From Betaproteobacteria bacterium (GTDB taxonomy: Bacteria > Bacillota > SHA-98 > UBA4971): a stretch of DNA of 64,000 bases. Below are positions 49,365-58,639 of the stretch, piece after piece (positions within the stretch are counted from its first letter, which is position 1; every line of letters starts with the position of its first letter). Under the pieces are notes generated by a model, which saw only the letters and a list, made by a program, of their open reading frames with translations, was not told the origin of the DNA and did no database searches. A program made the translations under genes and the position numbers. The stretch is from contig JBLNCC010000058.1 of NCBI GenBank assembly GCA_050260395.1, positions 3,466 to 67,465 of the forward strand. Direction: 5' to 3'.

Positions 49365-50539
49365 TGAAGAAAGTGGCGATTACCGGAAACGAAGCTGTAT
49401 CGCAGGCGATGCGTCAGATCAACCCTGACGTGGTAGCTGCCTACCCGATAACTCCGCAAACCGAGATCGTCCAGATCTTCTCAACTTTCGTGGCAGACGG
49501 GGATGTCGATACGGAGTTCGTCACCGTGGAGAGCGAGCACTCGGCCATGAGCGCGACGATCGGCGCGTCGGCGGCGGGTGCAAGGGCGATGACCGCTACT
49601 TCATCGCAGGGGCTTGCCCTCATGTGGGAGATGCTGTATATCGCGGCCGGCCTGAGGCTCCCCATCGTGGCGCCCGTCGTGAACAGGGCGTTGTCAGCGC
49701 CCATCAACATCCACTGCGACCACAGCGATACCATGGGCGCGCGCGACTCTGGCTGGATCCAGATTTACTCTGAGAACGCCCAGGAAGCGTACGATAACCT
49801 GATTCAGGCCGTGCGCATTGCGGAGCATCCCGATGTTCAGCTTCCCACCATGGTCTGCATGGACGGCTTCATCGTGAGCCACGGCATGGAGAACGCCGAG
49901 CTCCTCGATGACGGCGTGGTGCGCAGCTTCATAGGCCAGCGGACGCCGAAGCACTCGGTTCTCGACGTGGACAACCCCGCGACGTTCGGGGCGCTCGACT
50001 TCGCCGACTGGTACTTCGAGCACAGGCGGCAGATAGCTGAAGCCGAGTCGCATGTGAAAGGCGTCGTGCTGGACGTAGCGAAGGAGTTCGCGAAGATATC
50101 CGGCAGGAACTACGGCCTCTTCGAAGCATACAGGTTGGACGACGCCGAGCTGGCCGTCGTCGTGTTGAACTCCGCGGCAGGAACCGCGAAGGTGGTCGTT
50201 GACGACCTGAGAGATAAGGGTTTGAAGGCAGGCTTGCTAAAGATAAGGCTGTTCAGGCCGTTCCCGCACGAGGAGATAGTGGCGGCGCTTGCAGGCAAGA
50301 AGGCCATCGCTGTTCTCGACAGGGCAGACGGCCTCTCCACGATGGGTGGGCCCGTGTTCGTGGACGTGCGATCCGCCATGTATGACGCGCCCGGGCCGAA
50401 GATGGTGAACTACATCTACGGCCTCGGCGGCAGGGACATCGACACCGAGCAGATAGCCGGGGTATTCTGGGATCTTGCCAAGATCGCCGAGACGGGCAAG
50501 ATCGCATCGCCCGTGACTTACCTCGGGGTCAGGGAATAG
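49361..50539 (+). CDS. 2-oxoacid:ferredoxin oxidoreductase, alpha subunit
   Basis: 'ITGNEAVSQAMRQINPDVVAAYPITPQTEI' and 'ESEHSAMSA'. Confidence 0.9.
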   Translation: MMKKVAITGNEAVSQAMRQINPDVVAAYPITPQTEIVQIFSTFVADGDVDTEFVTVESEHSAMSATIGASAAGARAMTATSSQGLALMWEMLYIAAGLRLPIVAPVVNRALSAPINIHCDHSDTMGARDSGWIQIYSENAQEAYDNLIQAVRIAEHPDVQLPTMVCMDGFIVSHGMENAELLDDGVVRSFIGQRTPKHSVLDVDNPATFGALDFADWYFEHRRQIAEAESHVKGVVLDVAKEFAKISGRNYGLFEAYRLDDAELAVVVLNSAAGTAKVVVDDLRDKGLKAGLLKIRLFRPFPHEEIVAALAGKKAIAVLDRADGLSTMGGPVFVDVRSAMYDAPGPKMVNYIYGLGGRDIDTEQIAGVFWDLAKIAETGKIASPVTYLGVRE

Positions 50540-50551
50540 GAGGCGGCAGGA

Positions 50552-51475
50552 ATGGCAAACTTGAGGGAGCTTACGAAGAAGGAAGAACTCCTGTGCGGTG
50601 GGCATCGTGCTTGCGCGGGTTGCGCCGCTCCGATAGCCGTGAGGCAGGCGTTGAAAGCCGTTGACACCCCTGTTGTCGTCGGGTGCGCCACCGGGTGCCT
50701 CGAAGTAACGACGACGATATATCCCTTCACGTCGTGGAGGGTTCCGTTCATCCACAGCGCTTTCGAGAACTCCGCCGCCACCATCAGCGGGGTGGAGGCC
50801 GCGTACAGGGCGCTCAAGAAGAAGGGTAAGATAACACGGGACATCCAGTTCATCGCGTTCGGCGGCGACGGCGGCACGTACGACATCGGGTTCCAGTCGC
50901 TGTCCGGGGCGATGGAGCGCGGGCACGACATGGTCTACATTTGCTACGACAACGAGGCCTACATGAACACGGGCATACAGAGGTCGAGCGCGACTCCCAA
51001 GGGTGCGTCCACGACCACGAGCCCGGCCGGGAAGGTCATTCCCGGGAAGGTGCAGTTCCGCAAGGACCTGACCGCGGTCATGGCGGCCCACAACATCCCG
51101 TACGTCGCGCAGGCCGTGCCGAGCCACTGGAACGACTTCGTCACTAAGGTCCAGAAGGCGCTCGCTGTGAAAGGCCCGGCGTTCATCAACGTGCTCGCGC
51201 CGTGCAGGCTCGGGTGGCAGTTTGATCCCTCCGAGACCATCGACATCATGCGGGGGGCTGTGGAGACCTGCTTCTGGCCGCTATATGAGGTCGAGAACGG
51301 CGTATGGCGCATCACCCACAAGCCTAGGGAGAAGAAGCCCGTCCGCGGGTGGCTTGAGAAGCAGGGACGGTTCCGCCACCTGTTCCGGCCGGAGAACGAG
51401 CACATCATCGAGGAGATCCAGGCCGACATCGACCGGAACTGGGAGGCCCTTCTGGCGCGGGCGGGCATGGCCTAG
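50552..51475 (+). CDS. 2-oxoacid:ferredoxin oxidoreductase, beta (TPP-binding) subunit
   Basis: 'GHRACAGCAAPI', 'GGDGGTYDIGFQSLSGA' and 'CYDNEAYMNTG'. Confidence 0.9.
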   Translation: MANLRELTKKEELLCGGHRACAGCAAPIAVRQALKAVDTPVVVGCATGCLEVTTTIYPFTSWRVPFIHSAFENSAATISGVEAAYRALKKKGKITRDIQFIAFGGDGGTYDIGFQSLSGAMERGHDMVYICYDNEAYMNTGIQRSSATPKGASTTTSPAGKVIPGKVQFRKDLTAVMAAHNIPYVAQAVPSHWNDFVTKVQKALAVKGPAFINVLAPCRLGWQFDPSETIDIMRGAVETCFWPLYEVENGVWRITHKPREKKPVRGWLEKQGRFRHLFRPENEHIIEEIQADIDRNWEALLARAGMA

Positions 51476-51558
51476 GCTCGTGCCAACCGGCGCAACGGCC
51501 CGACGGCGGCGACCCGCGGGCCTGCGGGCGACCGTCGCACCGTCAGCGCCTTCAAAGG

Positions 51559-51587
51559 TTGTGTGGCGGGCATCCCGGTGGTATAAT
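51559..51587 (+). promoter_or_regulatory. Promoter of the serS leader (TTGTGT-17-TATAAT with TGg extended -10)
   Basis: TTGTGT 51559-51564 and TGGTATAAT ending at 51587. Confidence 0.6.
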
Positions 51588-51629
51588 CGGATATACAAAT
51601 ACGCGAATTCGGACCAGGCTACAGCTGGT

Positions 51630-51997
51630 CCTAGCTAAGGCGATGATGAGGACAAGTAGGCCACAGGCCTCCCGCTCAAGAGAGCCGGGCCTGGTGTGAA
51701 CCGGCGCGCAGGCCGGCCGAATCCACCTCAGAGCCGCGGGTTGAAAGGCGCCGCAAGCGCCGAGTATGCCCTGCCGGGTTTGCCCGTTAACGCTTGTCGA
51801 GAGGGTCGAGCGGGCGTGATCGACGGCGGCGCGGGAAAGCAGGTTCCCGTTGCCTGCGCGTGCGGGGTCGCCCTTGCGGGCGCTATGGGTGCGCAAAAGC
51901 GCGGGGCGTCGTCCGTGCCTTCGGCCAATCGGGGTGGCAACGCGGGAGCAAGCCTCTCGTCCCCTTGGGTTCGTCCAGGGGGGCGAGGGGCTTTCTC
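51630..51997 (+). promoter_or_regulatory. T-box riboswitch leader, serine specifier (UCC)
   Basis: GA motif 'GCGATGATGAGG', 'AGAGAG', distal 'GGTGTGAACC', specifier context 'GAA-TCC-A' (51722-51724), F-box 'CCGTTA', T-box 'AATCGGGGTGGCAACGCGGGAG' (51927-51946), and terminator CCTCTCGTCCCC/GGGGGGCGAGGGG followed by CTTTCTC. Confidence 0.8.
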
Positions 51998-52209
51998 ATA
52001 TCTGCTGTCCGCCATTGCCGCTTTCCAAAGCGCGCCGGGGAGCCGGGAGCTTCACCGCGCCGGAGCCACCCGCGCGCAGCGCTGGGATTATGCAGCGCCG
52101 CACAGCGCGGGCGCACGAGGCCCTTGCGGACATTCGCGGTCGTGGGTGCCCCATGCGGCAAACGTCTTTGGTCATAGATAGCGGACTTGTGGATTACGGA
52201 GGGATGGAC

Positions 52210-53490
52210 ATGCTGGACATCAAGCTGTTGAGACAGAACCCCGAGGTTGTGCGGGACGCCCTCGCGCGGCGGGGGGAAGACGACGCCATTCTAGACGAGG
52301 CGCTCGCTTTAGATGAAGAGAGGCGCAAGCTTATCTATGAGGTGGAGCAGCTCAAGAAGCGGCGGAACGAGGTTTCCGACGACATCGCCCGTATAAGGAA
52401 GAGCGGGGGCGATGCCGGGGCCGCCATCCTGGAGATGCGCGAGGTCTCTGCCAAGATCAAGGAGATGGACGACGCGGTGAGGGCACTGGACGAGAAGCTC
52501 ACCTCGCTCTTGCTCGCGATCCCGAATATCCCGCACCCGTCGGTCCCCATCGGCAAGGATGAGTCCGAGAACGTCGAAGTCCGCAGGTGGGGGACGCCCA
52601 GGCGGTTCGACTTCGAGCCGAAGCCCCATTGGGAGCTCGGTGTTGACCTCGGCATCCTCGATTTCGAGCGCGCCGCCAAGATAACTGGTGCAAGGTTCAC
52701 CGTGTTCCGCGGGGCGGGGGCGCGCCTGGTCCGGGCTCTCATCTCGTTCATGATCGACCTTCACACGAAGGAGCACGGCTACACGGAGGTTTACCCGCCG
52801 TTCCTGGTGAACCGCGAAAGCATGATAGGGACGGGCCAACTCCCGAAATTCGCCGAGGACATGTTCCGCTGCGAGGGCACCGACTATTACTTGATTCCCA
52901 CGGCCGAGGTGCCGGTGACAAACCTCTATCGCGGGGAGATCCTCGATGCGAACCAGCTTCCCATATATCACGTGGCCTACACAGCGTGCTTCCGGGCGGA
53001 GGCGGGGTCCGCGGGACGCGACACTCGGGGCCTTGTGAGGCAGCACGAGTTCGACAAGGTGGAGCTCGTGAAGTTCGTGAGGCCTGAGACGTCCTACGAC
53101 GAGCTCGAGAAGCTCGTGGGCGACGCCGAGGACGTTCTCCGGCGCCTCGGGTTGCCGTACCGGGTGGTCATGATGTGCACTGGGGACGTCGGGTTCGCGG
53201 CGGCGAAGAAGTACGATCCCGAGGTCTGGATGCCGAGCTACGGCAGGTACGTGGAGATCTCGTCCTGCAGCAACTTCGAGGCCTTCCAGGCAAGGCGCGC
53301 GGACATCAAATTCCGGCCCGCGCCGGGGGCGAAGCCCGAGTATGTGCACACGCTGAACGGGTCAGGCCTTGCGGTGGGCCGCACATTTGCCGCGATCCTC
53401 GAAAACTACCAGGAAGCGGACGGCTCGGTGGCTATCCCGGAGGCCCTTCGACCGTACATGGACGGCCTCGAACGCATTACGAAGGAATAG
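52210..53490 (+). CDS. serS: Serine--tRNA ligase
   Basis: '[12 protein letters not shown]', '[16 protein letters not shown]', 'YLIPTAEVP' and '[11 protein letters not shown]'. The track ORF start (51850) lies in the leader; ATG 52210 follows GGAGGG. Confidence 0.95.
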   Translation: MLDIKLLRQNPEVVRDALARRGEDDAILDEALALDEERRKLIYEVEQLKKRRNEVSDDIARIRKSGGDAGAAILEMREVSAKIKEMDDAVRALDEKLTSLLLAIPNIPHPSVPIGKDESENVEVRRWGTPRRFDFEPKPHWELGVDLGILDFERAAKITGARFTVFRGAGARLVRALISFMIDLHTKEHGYTEVYPPFLVNRESMIGTGQLPKFAEDMFRCEGTDYYLIPTAEVPVTNLYRGEILDANQLPIYHVAYTACFRAEAGSAGRDTRGLVRQHEFDKVELVKFVRPETSYDELEKLVGDAEDVLRRLGLPYRVVMMCTGDVGFAAAKKYDPEVWMPSYGRYVEISSCSNFEAFQARRADIKFRPAPGAKPEYVHTLNGSGLAVGRTFAAILENYQEADGSVAIPEALRPYMDGLERITKE

Positions 53491-53731
53491 TTGACCGGGC
53501 AGTTGACGCTGCCTGGCGCCGGCGGCCGCCGGGCACCAGCCGCATCCAAGTGGGTACACGCCTCTCACGACCCGGGCGCGCCCCGGACGGACCGACCCGA
53601 CCGATCGCCCGGGCGCACACGTGCCCAGCGCGCGGGCGGCGCTCCTTGCTCTGGGAAGGCCGTGCGTGGTATAATTGCCGTGTCGGGAGAAGCTGGGAGA
53701 GGCTTTTCGGGCGTCTCCCGGCGCGGCGTGC

Positions 53732-53823
53732 GGAGGAGTGCCCGAGCTGGCTTAAGGGAGCGGTCTTGAAAATCGCCAGGGTCCTCTGGGCCCTCGTGGG
53801 TTCGAATCCCACCTCCTCCGCCA
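53732..53823 (+). tRNA. tRNA-Ser (anticodon UGA), long variable arm, CCA encoded
   Basis: Acceptor GGAGGAG/CTCCTCC, anticodon loop CTTGAAA, T-arm GTGGGTTCGAATCCCAC. An extended -10 'TGGTATAAT' lies about 70 nt upstream. Confidence 0.9.
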
Positions 53824-53997
53824 TTATTCATGTACACGTACTATGTTCGTACGCCACGTGCGCGTGCACCTTGCGCGTGCCTCGCACGTGGCGTGTGCCA
53901 TGCATGGGTGCGCTGCGCGAGCGACGTTGGCGCCTCGCTTGCGCTGTTTGACACGCAGAGCGCAGAGGAGCGGCTCTTGGCGGGCGGCCCCTTTCAC

Positions 53998-54035
53998 AGA
54001 CTCTAGGCCGCACGCACGCGCGCGGCCTAGAGTCT
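53998..54035 (+). terminator. Strong hairpin (14-bp perfect stem), terminator-like
   Basis: AGACTCTAGGCCGC / GCGGCCTAGAGTCT with a 10-nt loop, followed by ATCCTCTTT. Confidence 0.5.
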
Positions 54036-54188
54036 ATCCTCTTTCGGGCGCCTAAGCCTTCGCCTGAGACTGCCGGGGCCGGGTTCGGTTACGCGCCGGC
54101 CGGGCCGGACGCGTGATGCGTGATGACGGCGTAGCGCGACGGCGAGACAAAGGGGCACGGAGCCAGGAAGCGAAGGAGTCGGTGACCG

Positions 54189-55001
54189 ATGGTGCCGGCG
54201 ACGAGAGAAGTTGAATGCAAGTCGATCCTAACGAAGTCAGGGATACCCGGGGTGGATTTCTCCCTGAACCCCTATGTCGGCTGTGCCCACGCGTGCGCGT
54301 ATTGCTACGCTCCGTGCATCGTCAACCGCTTCAGGGTGCGTCAAGAGCCGTGGGGGAGCTTCGTCGACATCAAAGTGAACGCCCCGGCCAAGTTGCGGCG
54401 CGCTCTGCGGCGGGTGAATCAGGAGGTCATCTTGCTGTCGAGCGTGACGGACCCGTATCAACCTCTCGAGCGCAACACCAGGCTTACGCGGGCGTGTCTG
54501 GCCGAGATATCGACAAGCGCTGCCCAGGTGTCGATTCTGACCAAATCCGACCTCGTCACTCGCGATGTGGACGTCCTCAGCGCCATTTCCTGGGTTGAGG
54601 TGGGGTTCAGCATCAGCACGGCGGACGACGGGATAGCCCGGGCGCTAGAGCCGGGTGCACCGCCTCCATCGAGGCGCCTCGCGGCTTTGGAAAGGCTTTC
54701 AGCAGCGGGCCTCAGAACGTGGGTTTTCATAGCCCCGGCCATCCCAGGGATTAGCGAATTCGAAGAGCAGCTCGAGCCCATCTATGTGCGAGCCAGGGAC
54801 TCAGGTGCGTCCTGCGTGCGGCTGGACCCGTTCAATTTCTACCCACCCATGACCGCGTCGCTAGCCGCCGTCCTGAAACGCCGCCTACCTGAAAGGCTGG
54901 CGCGGTTCCGAGAGGCGCTCGCGCACAAGGCGGAATTCATCTCTGGCGTGCGGGCCGTCGAGGCCGAGCTTGCGAGGCGTTACGAGTTTGACGAAGACTG
55001 A
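54189..55001 (+). CDS. Radical SAM protein (SplB / DNA-photolyase-like COG1533 type)
   Basis: 'NPYVGCAHACAYCYA' CxxxCxxC cluster motif. Confidence 0.7.
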   Translation: MVPATREVECKSILTKSGIPGVDFSLNPYVGCAHACAYCYAPCIVNRFRVRQEPWGSFVDIKVNAPAKLRRALRRVNQEVILLSSVTDPYQPLERNTRLTRACLAEISTSAAQVSILTKSDLVTRDVDVLSAISWVEVGFSISTADDGIARALEPGAPPPSRRLAALERLSAAGLRTWVFIAPAIPGISEFEEQLEPIYVRARDSGASCVRLDPFNFYPPMTASLAAVLKRRLPERLARFREALAHKAEFISGVRAVEAELARRYEFDED

Positions 55002-55150
55002 GCCGGGGGGGCCGTCCATGAGAGGTGGAGGTTCACCTCGTTGCGGGTTGCGGCACGCCGGCCTTCTCGGAAACCACGCGCGCGGCGGCACGGGCCTTGC
55101 CCTCTCGTCGGAAATATGCTAGAATGAAACTGCCTTGGAGAGTCTGAAGC

Positions 55151-55245
55151 GGAGAGATACCCAAGCTGGCTGAAGGGGAAGGTTTGCTAAACCTTTAGAC
55201 GGTTGAACAAACCGTGCGGGGGTTCGAATCCCCCTCTCTCCGCCA
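55151..55245 (+). tRNA. tRNA-Ser (anticodon GCU), long variable arm, CCA encoded
   Basis: Acceptor GGAGAGA/TCTCTCC, anticodon stem AAGGT/ACCTT with loop TTGCTAA, T-arm GGGGGTTCGAATCCCCC. 'TTGCCC-17-TAGAAT' promoter upstream. Confidence 0.9.
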
Positions 55246-55303
55246 TATTTCGATCATCACGACGGCCCACGGGCCGTTTGTTCACATCACACACAGGCGT
55301 CGC

Positions 55304-55380
55304 GCGCCCGTAGCTCAGTGGATCAGAGCATCTGACTTCGGATCAGAGGGTCGTGGGTTCGAGTCCCTCCGGGCGCGCCA
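55304..55380 (+). tRNA. tRNA-Arg (anticodon UCG), CCA encoded
   Basis: Acceptor GCGCCCG/CGGGCGC, anticodon stem TCTGA/TCAGA with loop CTTCGGA, T-arm GTGGGTTCGAGTCCCTC. Confidence 0.9.
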
Positions 55381-55488
55381 GCTATTTCCGGGGCGCACCA
55401 CGATTGGCACCTGGAAGCCCGGTTCAGAGCAACAAGTCGCCTGCCGGTTGGCGTTCATTCCGCTTTGCGTGCTGTTTCGCGCACGCCG

Positions 55489-56607
55489 CTACGTTCGTCG
55501 CCCGCGCGGCTCCAATTCGTCCATCACCGCGCCGGCCCAGAGGATGGCGGCGCTCAGAACAAGGGTTACCAGGGCCACACCCGGTGAATACTTGGTTGTT
55601 TCGTAGATCCGCCCTTCGCCGATCGGGGGTAATGGCACGGGATCAATCGGAAGCCCGTTCTTCAGCGCCAGACCGCGGACGTCAAGCAAGTTGATCACGG
55701 GAATGCCGGCCGCTGCGAACTCGAAGATGAGGCCCCGGTCGGGAGCTGTGGACATGACCGGTGGCCGCATGACGAGCCCGTTCGGGAAATCCAGCGAAGT
55801 CAAGGTATTGCCGTAATTCGGTGTTGCTCCTCCTATGTTCACGAAGCACCTTATGGGCCGGTCCGCGGCCTGCCTCCTGTACACTTCGAGCCTCCGCTGG
55901 ATGCTCGCGACTATGGTGTCTTCTCTTATGACCGGCACGCCCGCGCGTCGCGCTATCTCTTCCATGACACGCCTTCCGTTGCCGAACAAGGTGCCCTCGC
56001 CGGTGTCCTGGTCGCCCCCCAGCGACACGGCTGCGAGCGTGTATGGGATTAGTCCCTCCTCGTCCAATCGCGCCAGCATGTCGATGAAGGTTAGTTCTGG
56101 CACAGTGGCGCCGTACATAGATGCGCCTATCGAATATACCGTTATGGGCTCAAGGTCAAGGGCGCGCGCCGCTGAGAGCGTGGCGAGGATGAGCGCGGGG
56201 AACGACCCGCTCGCCCCGATCGCGACAACGTCCCCAGGCCCGAGGCCAGCCTCTTTGAAATACCGCACCATGAGAGCCGCGAACGCCGGATTGGTCGCCG
56301 TGCGCTTGGCCTCGAGATTACCCACGGTGGTGGTTATGTCCGTGAATTCATCCCCGATGAGCCCTGTCTCGTTTGGGTCGAGTTCAGGGTCGATGAGGAT
56401 CCCCAGCGAGAGGCGGTAATCTCTTATGGCGACCGCGCACCGCTTCATGAGTTCCGCCGCCTCTACCTGCGCGTCATAGTACGGGCCCAACGAGGCTCCA
56501 GCGCCGGGCGCTTTGCGGGCAGCCCAGAAACCGCCGATGGCCACGACGGCCGCGAGCGAGAGAAACACGAGTGATACCCGGCCGCGTTTCATTCCCCACC
56601 CAGACAT
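55489..56607 (-). CDS. Poly-gamma-glutamate 'system' protein (accessory protein co-occurring with PgsB/PgsC)
   Basis: N-terminal TM anchor, then a ~340-aa domain, immediately downstream of pgsC. The family name is recalled from TIGRFAM-type annotation and is not verifiable here. Confidence 0.55.
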   Translation of the reverse strand: MSGWGMKRGRVSLVFLSLAAVVAIGGFWAARKAPGAGASLGPYYDAQVEAAELMKRCAVAIRDYRLSLGILIDPELDPNETGLIGDEFTDITTTVGNLEAKRTATNPAFAALMVRYFKEAGLGPGDVVAIGASGSFPALILATLSAARALDLEPITVYSIGASMYGATVPELTFIDMLARLDEEGLIPYTLAAVSLGGDQDTGEGTLFGNGRRVMEEIARRAGVPVIREDTIVASIQRRLEVYRRQAADRPIRCFVNIGGATPNYGNTLTSLDFPNGLVMRPPVMSTAPDRGLIFEFAAAGIPVINLLDVRGLALKNGLPIDPVPLPPIGEGRIYETTKYSPGVALVTLVLSAAILWAGAVMDELEPRGRRT

Positions 56608-56617
56608 TGTCGCCCAA

Positions 56618-57049
56618 TCACCTCACCAGGACCAGCGCGAGACGAACGACAGCCGCTAGGAGCAGAACGGCTGCGAATGTCCGGAGGAGACCCTGCTTGG
56701 CGATGTCGTTCGCGATGAGCCCGGGGATGATGTACCCGATGGCCCTGAACTCCTGCCCGGCCGCAGGAACCCAGACGCCGAGCTTGACAGCAAACCAGCC
56801 TAGCCAAAACGCTGCCAGCACCATGGCCATGAACCTCCGCCGTCCGTAGAGGATGATCACGTGGGACAGTCCCCAGACTACGGCGTAGGTGGCGAGCGCA
56901 AGAAACAGGGTGGCGCCGACGCGTGCGGGCTGGTCCAGGTAGAGCGCTAGGTAACCTGGAACCACCAGGCCGCCGCCATATAGTCCTGTGATCTCCGTGA
57001 ACAGAAAGCTTGCGATAAGCCCAATCCCGATCGACAACGCGATGGTCAC
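56618..57049 (-). CDS. pgsC: Poly-gamma-glutamate biosynthesis protein PgsC/CapC
   Basis: 'GIGLIASFLFTEITGLYGGGLVVPGYLALYLDQP' is the CapC pattern. 4-nt overlap with pgsB. Confidence 0.85.
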   Translation of the reverse strand: MTIALSIGIGLIASFLFTEITGLYGGGLVVPGYLALYLDQPARVGATLFLALATYAVVWGLSHVIILYGRRRFMAMVLAAFWLGWFAVKLGVWVPAAGQEFRAIGYIIPGLIANDIAKQGLLRTFAAVLLLAAVVRLALVLVR

Positions 57050-58341
57050 AGCGTCTCACCGTCTCGTTCGAAAAACTCAGCGAATCGTTGCCCTATCCCC
57101 TTTGTATTGCCCATCGCACAGAGCACCGCCCCGCCCGGAACCATAGACTCAATCTCATCGAGCACCGCTCCGGGTTCGTGCAGGGACGTAATGTCCACCA
57201 CTCGGTCCGCCGGCACTCCGTTCCTGGCGAGTTGCGCCTTCGCGATCTTGCCGGCCTCGCCTATCAGGAAAACGCGGTCCGGCCGGATCTCCTGCACCAC
57301 AAGCTGGGAAAGCTCTCGGATCCTCGGGATTCGGTCGGCGCGGTTGTTCATCACGACTGCGACGGGCAAGCGCGTGTAGGAATCACGCAGGACGCCGCTT
57401 TCCACCACCGTTTTCCATATGAGCGAGGTGGACGTGTAGTCGTTGGCCGCAAACGCGTTCACCAGGATATACGGACCGCTCGCGCGTGCAATCTTGAGGA
57501 TTCGCATAACACCGGGGTCGCCTCGCGCCGCGAGCATCCCTGAAAGAGCCACATCCCGGGGGACCCCGGCAAGCTCACATACCTTCAGAGCACACGCCAC
57601 GTTTTCCTTGAAGCTCACGTATGGGAAAGCCCCATTCACATCGTCTGGAACTGTGGACCCGTCCACGACATAGACCGAAGTCCCAAGCTCGTGCGCCCTC
57701 TCCTCAAGGATATCGAGGAACGCATTCTCGGCCGTCACGAGGCGTCCTGTCCGGGGTATGGTAAGAGAAAGCGCCCGGGCCACATCGCGCGGCCGAGGGC
57801 CCATCACATCCAAGTGGTCGTCTCGGACGTTCGTAATCACCCCGATTGTGGACCGGACCATCCTGTGCTCGGACACCCACTGGTTTTCGGGTTCGAGGGC
57901 CATACACTCGAGCACGAGGGCGTCGGCCCCGCGCTTTGCCGCGACCGCCGCTATTTTCATCTGCTCGGCGATGTTCCCCCGTCCTGGCCCACGTCTCCGT
58001 ATGGGCTGCTCGGACCCGTCTTCCAAAATGAGTCTAGGCGCCGTGCCGGTGGTTTTGGCTATCACGCGGCGCCCCCCCGCGCGAAGGCCTGCTGCTATCA
58101 GACGGGTGGTGGTCGACTTTCCCCTGGTCCCGTTGACGTGGACTCTTATTGGGATCGCCAGCAACCGCCTGGTATGGGTCAAACACTCGAGAAAACCCGC
58201 AAGCGCGGCACCCGCGCACAACAACGCGAAAAGGACCATTCCGAGTTCGTTCTCCTTCCAGAGCGAGGACTTCGCGGTTACATGCCCCGTTTCCTCCTGG
58301 CCCGACATGCCGAGCGCCTCGGGATTGGATACCCGTGTCAC
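57046..58341 (-). CDS. pgsB: Poly-gamma-glutamate synthase PgsB/CapB (Mur-ligase-like); start may be ATG 58239
   Basis: 'IRVHVNGTRGKSTTTRLIAAGL' follows an N-terminal TM segment, as in B. subtilis PgsB. Confidence 0.85.
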   Translation of the reverse strand: MTRVSNPEALGMSGQEETGHVTAKSSLWKENELGMVLFALLCAGAALAGFLECLTHTRRLLAIPIRVHVNGTRGKSTTTRLIAAGLRAGGRRVIAKTTGTAPRLILEDGSEQPIRRRGPGRGNIAEQMKIAAVAAKRGADALVLECMALEPENQWVSEHRMVRSTIGVITNVRDDHLDVMGPRPRDVARALSLTIPRTGRLVTAENAFLDILEERAHELGTSVYVVDGSTVPDDVNGAFPYVSFKENVACALKVCELAGVPRDVALSGMLAARGDPGVMRILKIARASGPYILVNAFAANDYTSTSLIWKTVVESGVLRDSYTRLPVAVVMNNRADRIPRIRELSQLVVQEIRPDRVFLIGEAGKIAKAQLARNGVPADRVVDITSLHEPGAVLDEIESMVPGGAVLCAMGNTKGIGQRFAEFFERDGETL

Positions 58342-58639
58342 CGCTACATGTTCTTCATATCCCTTCTTACGCTGGATTTTTCGATCTCACTCGGCAGGAT
58401 TCGGCAAAGATTTGGAGAAGCTACTATGCCAAATTTCACATTCAAGCTCGGCAGGGCGACAAGGAGGTGATGAGTCGGGGGCGAACGTCGCTTGCGTTAT
58501 CGCCGCGCGACGCACGCAAGAAAAGTGTTTCGCACAACAAGTAACAGTTGTTGGTTCACTGTCGACGAAGACCGACACCAACAAGGGACGGAAACAGCTC
58601 ACACATGTCTCGACACAGGGTAGCGTAGGAGGGTCGTAA

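Noticed and set aside
51850-52209. 120-aa N-terminal extension of SerS suggested by the ORF track
   Set aside because: The extension covers the T-box motif, its terminator and the spacer. Canonical SerS begins 'MLDIKLLR' at ATG 52210, which has a GGAGGG RBS.
53824-54188. Integrated element or att site downstream of tRNA-Ser(UGA)
   Set aside because: No integrase gene and no repeat of the tRNA 3' end are visible. The region contains only a strong hairpin and GC-rich spacer.
58425-58469. 14-codon mini-ORF (MPNFTFKLGRATRR) in the pgsB / C69 divergent region as a PgsE-like peptide
   Set aside because: It is far shorter than PgsE/CapE, has no hydrophobic segment, and no conservation can be assessed.
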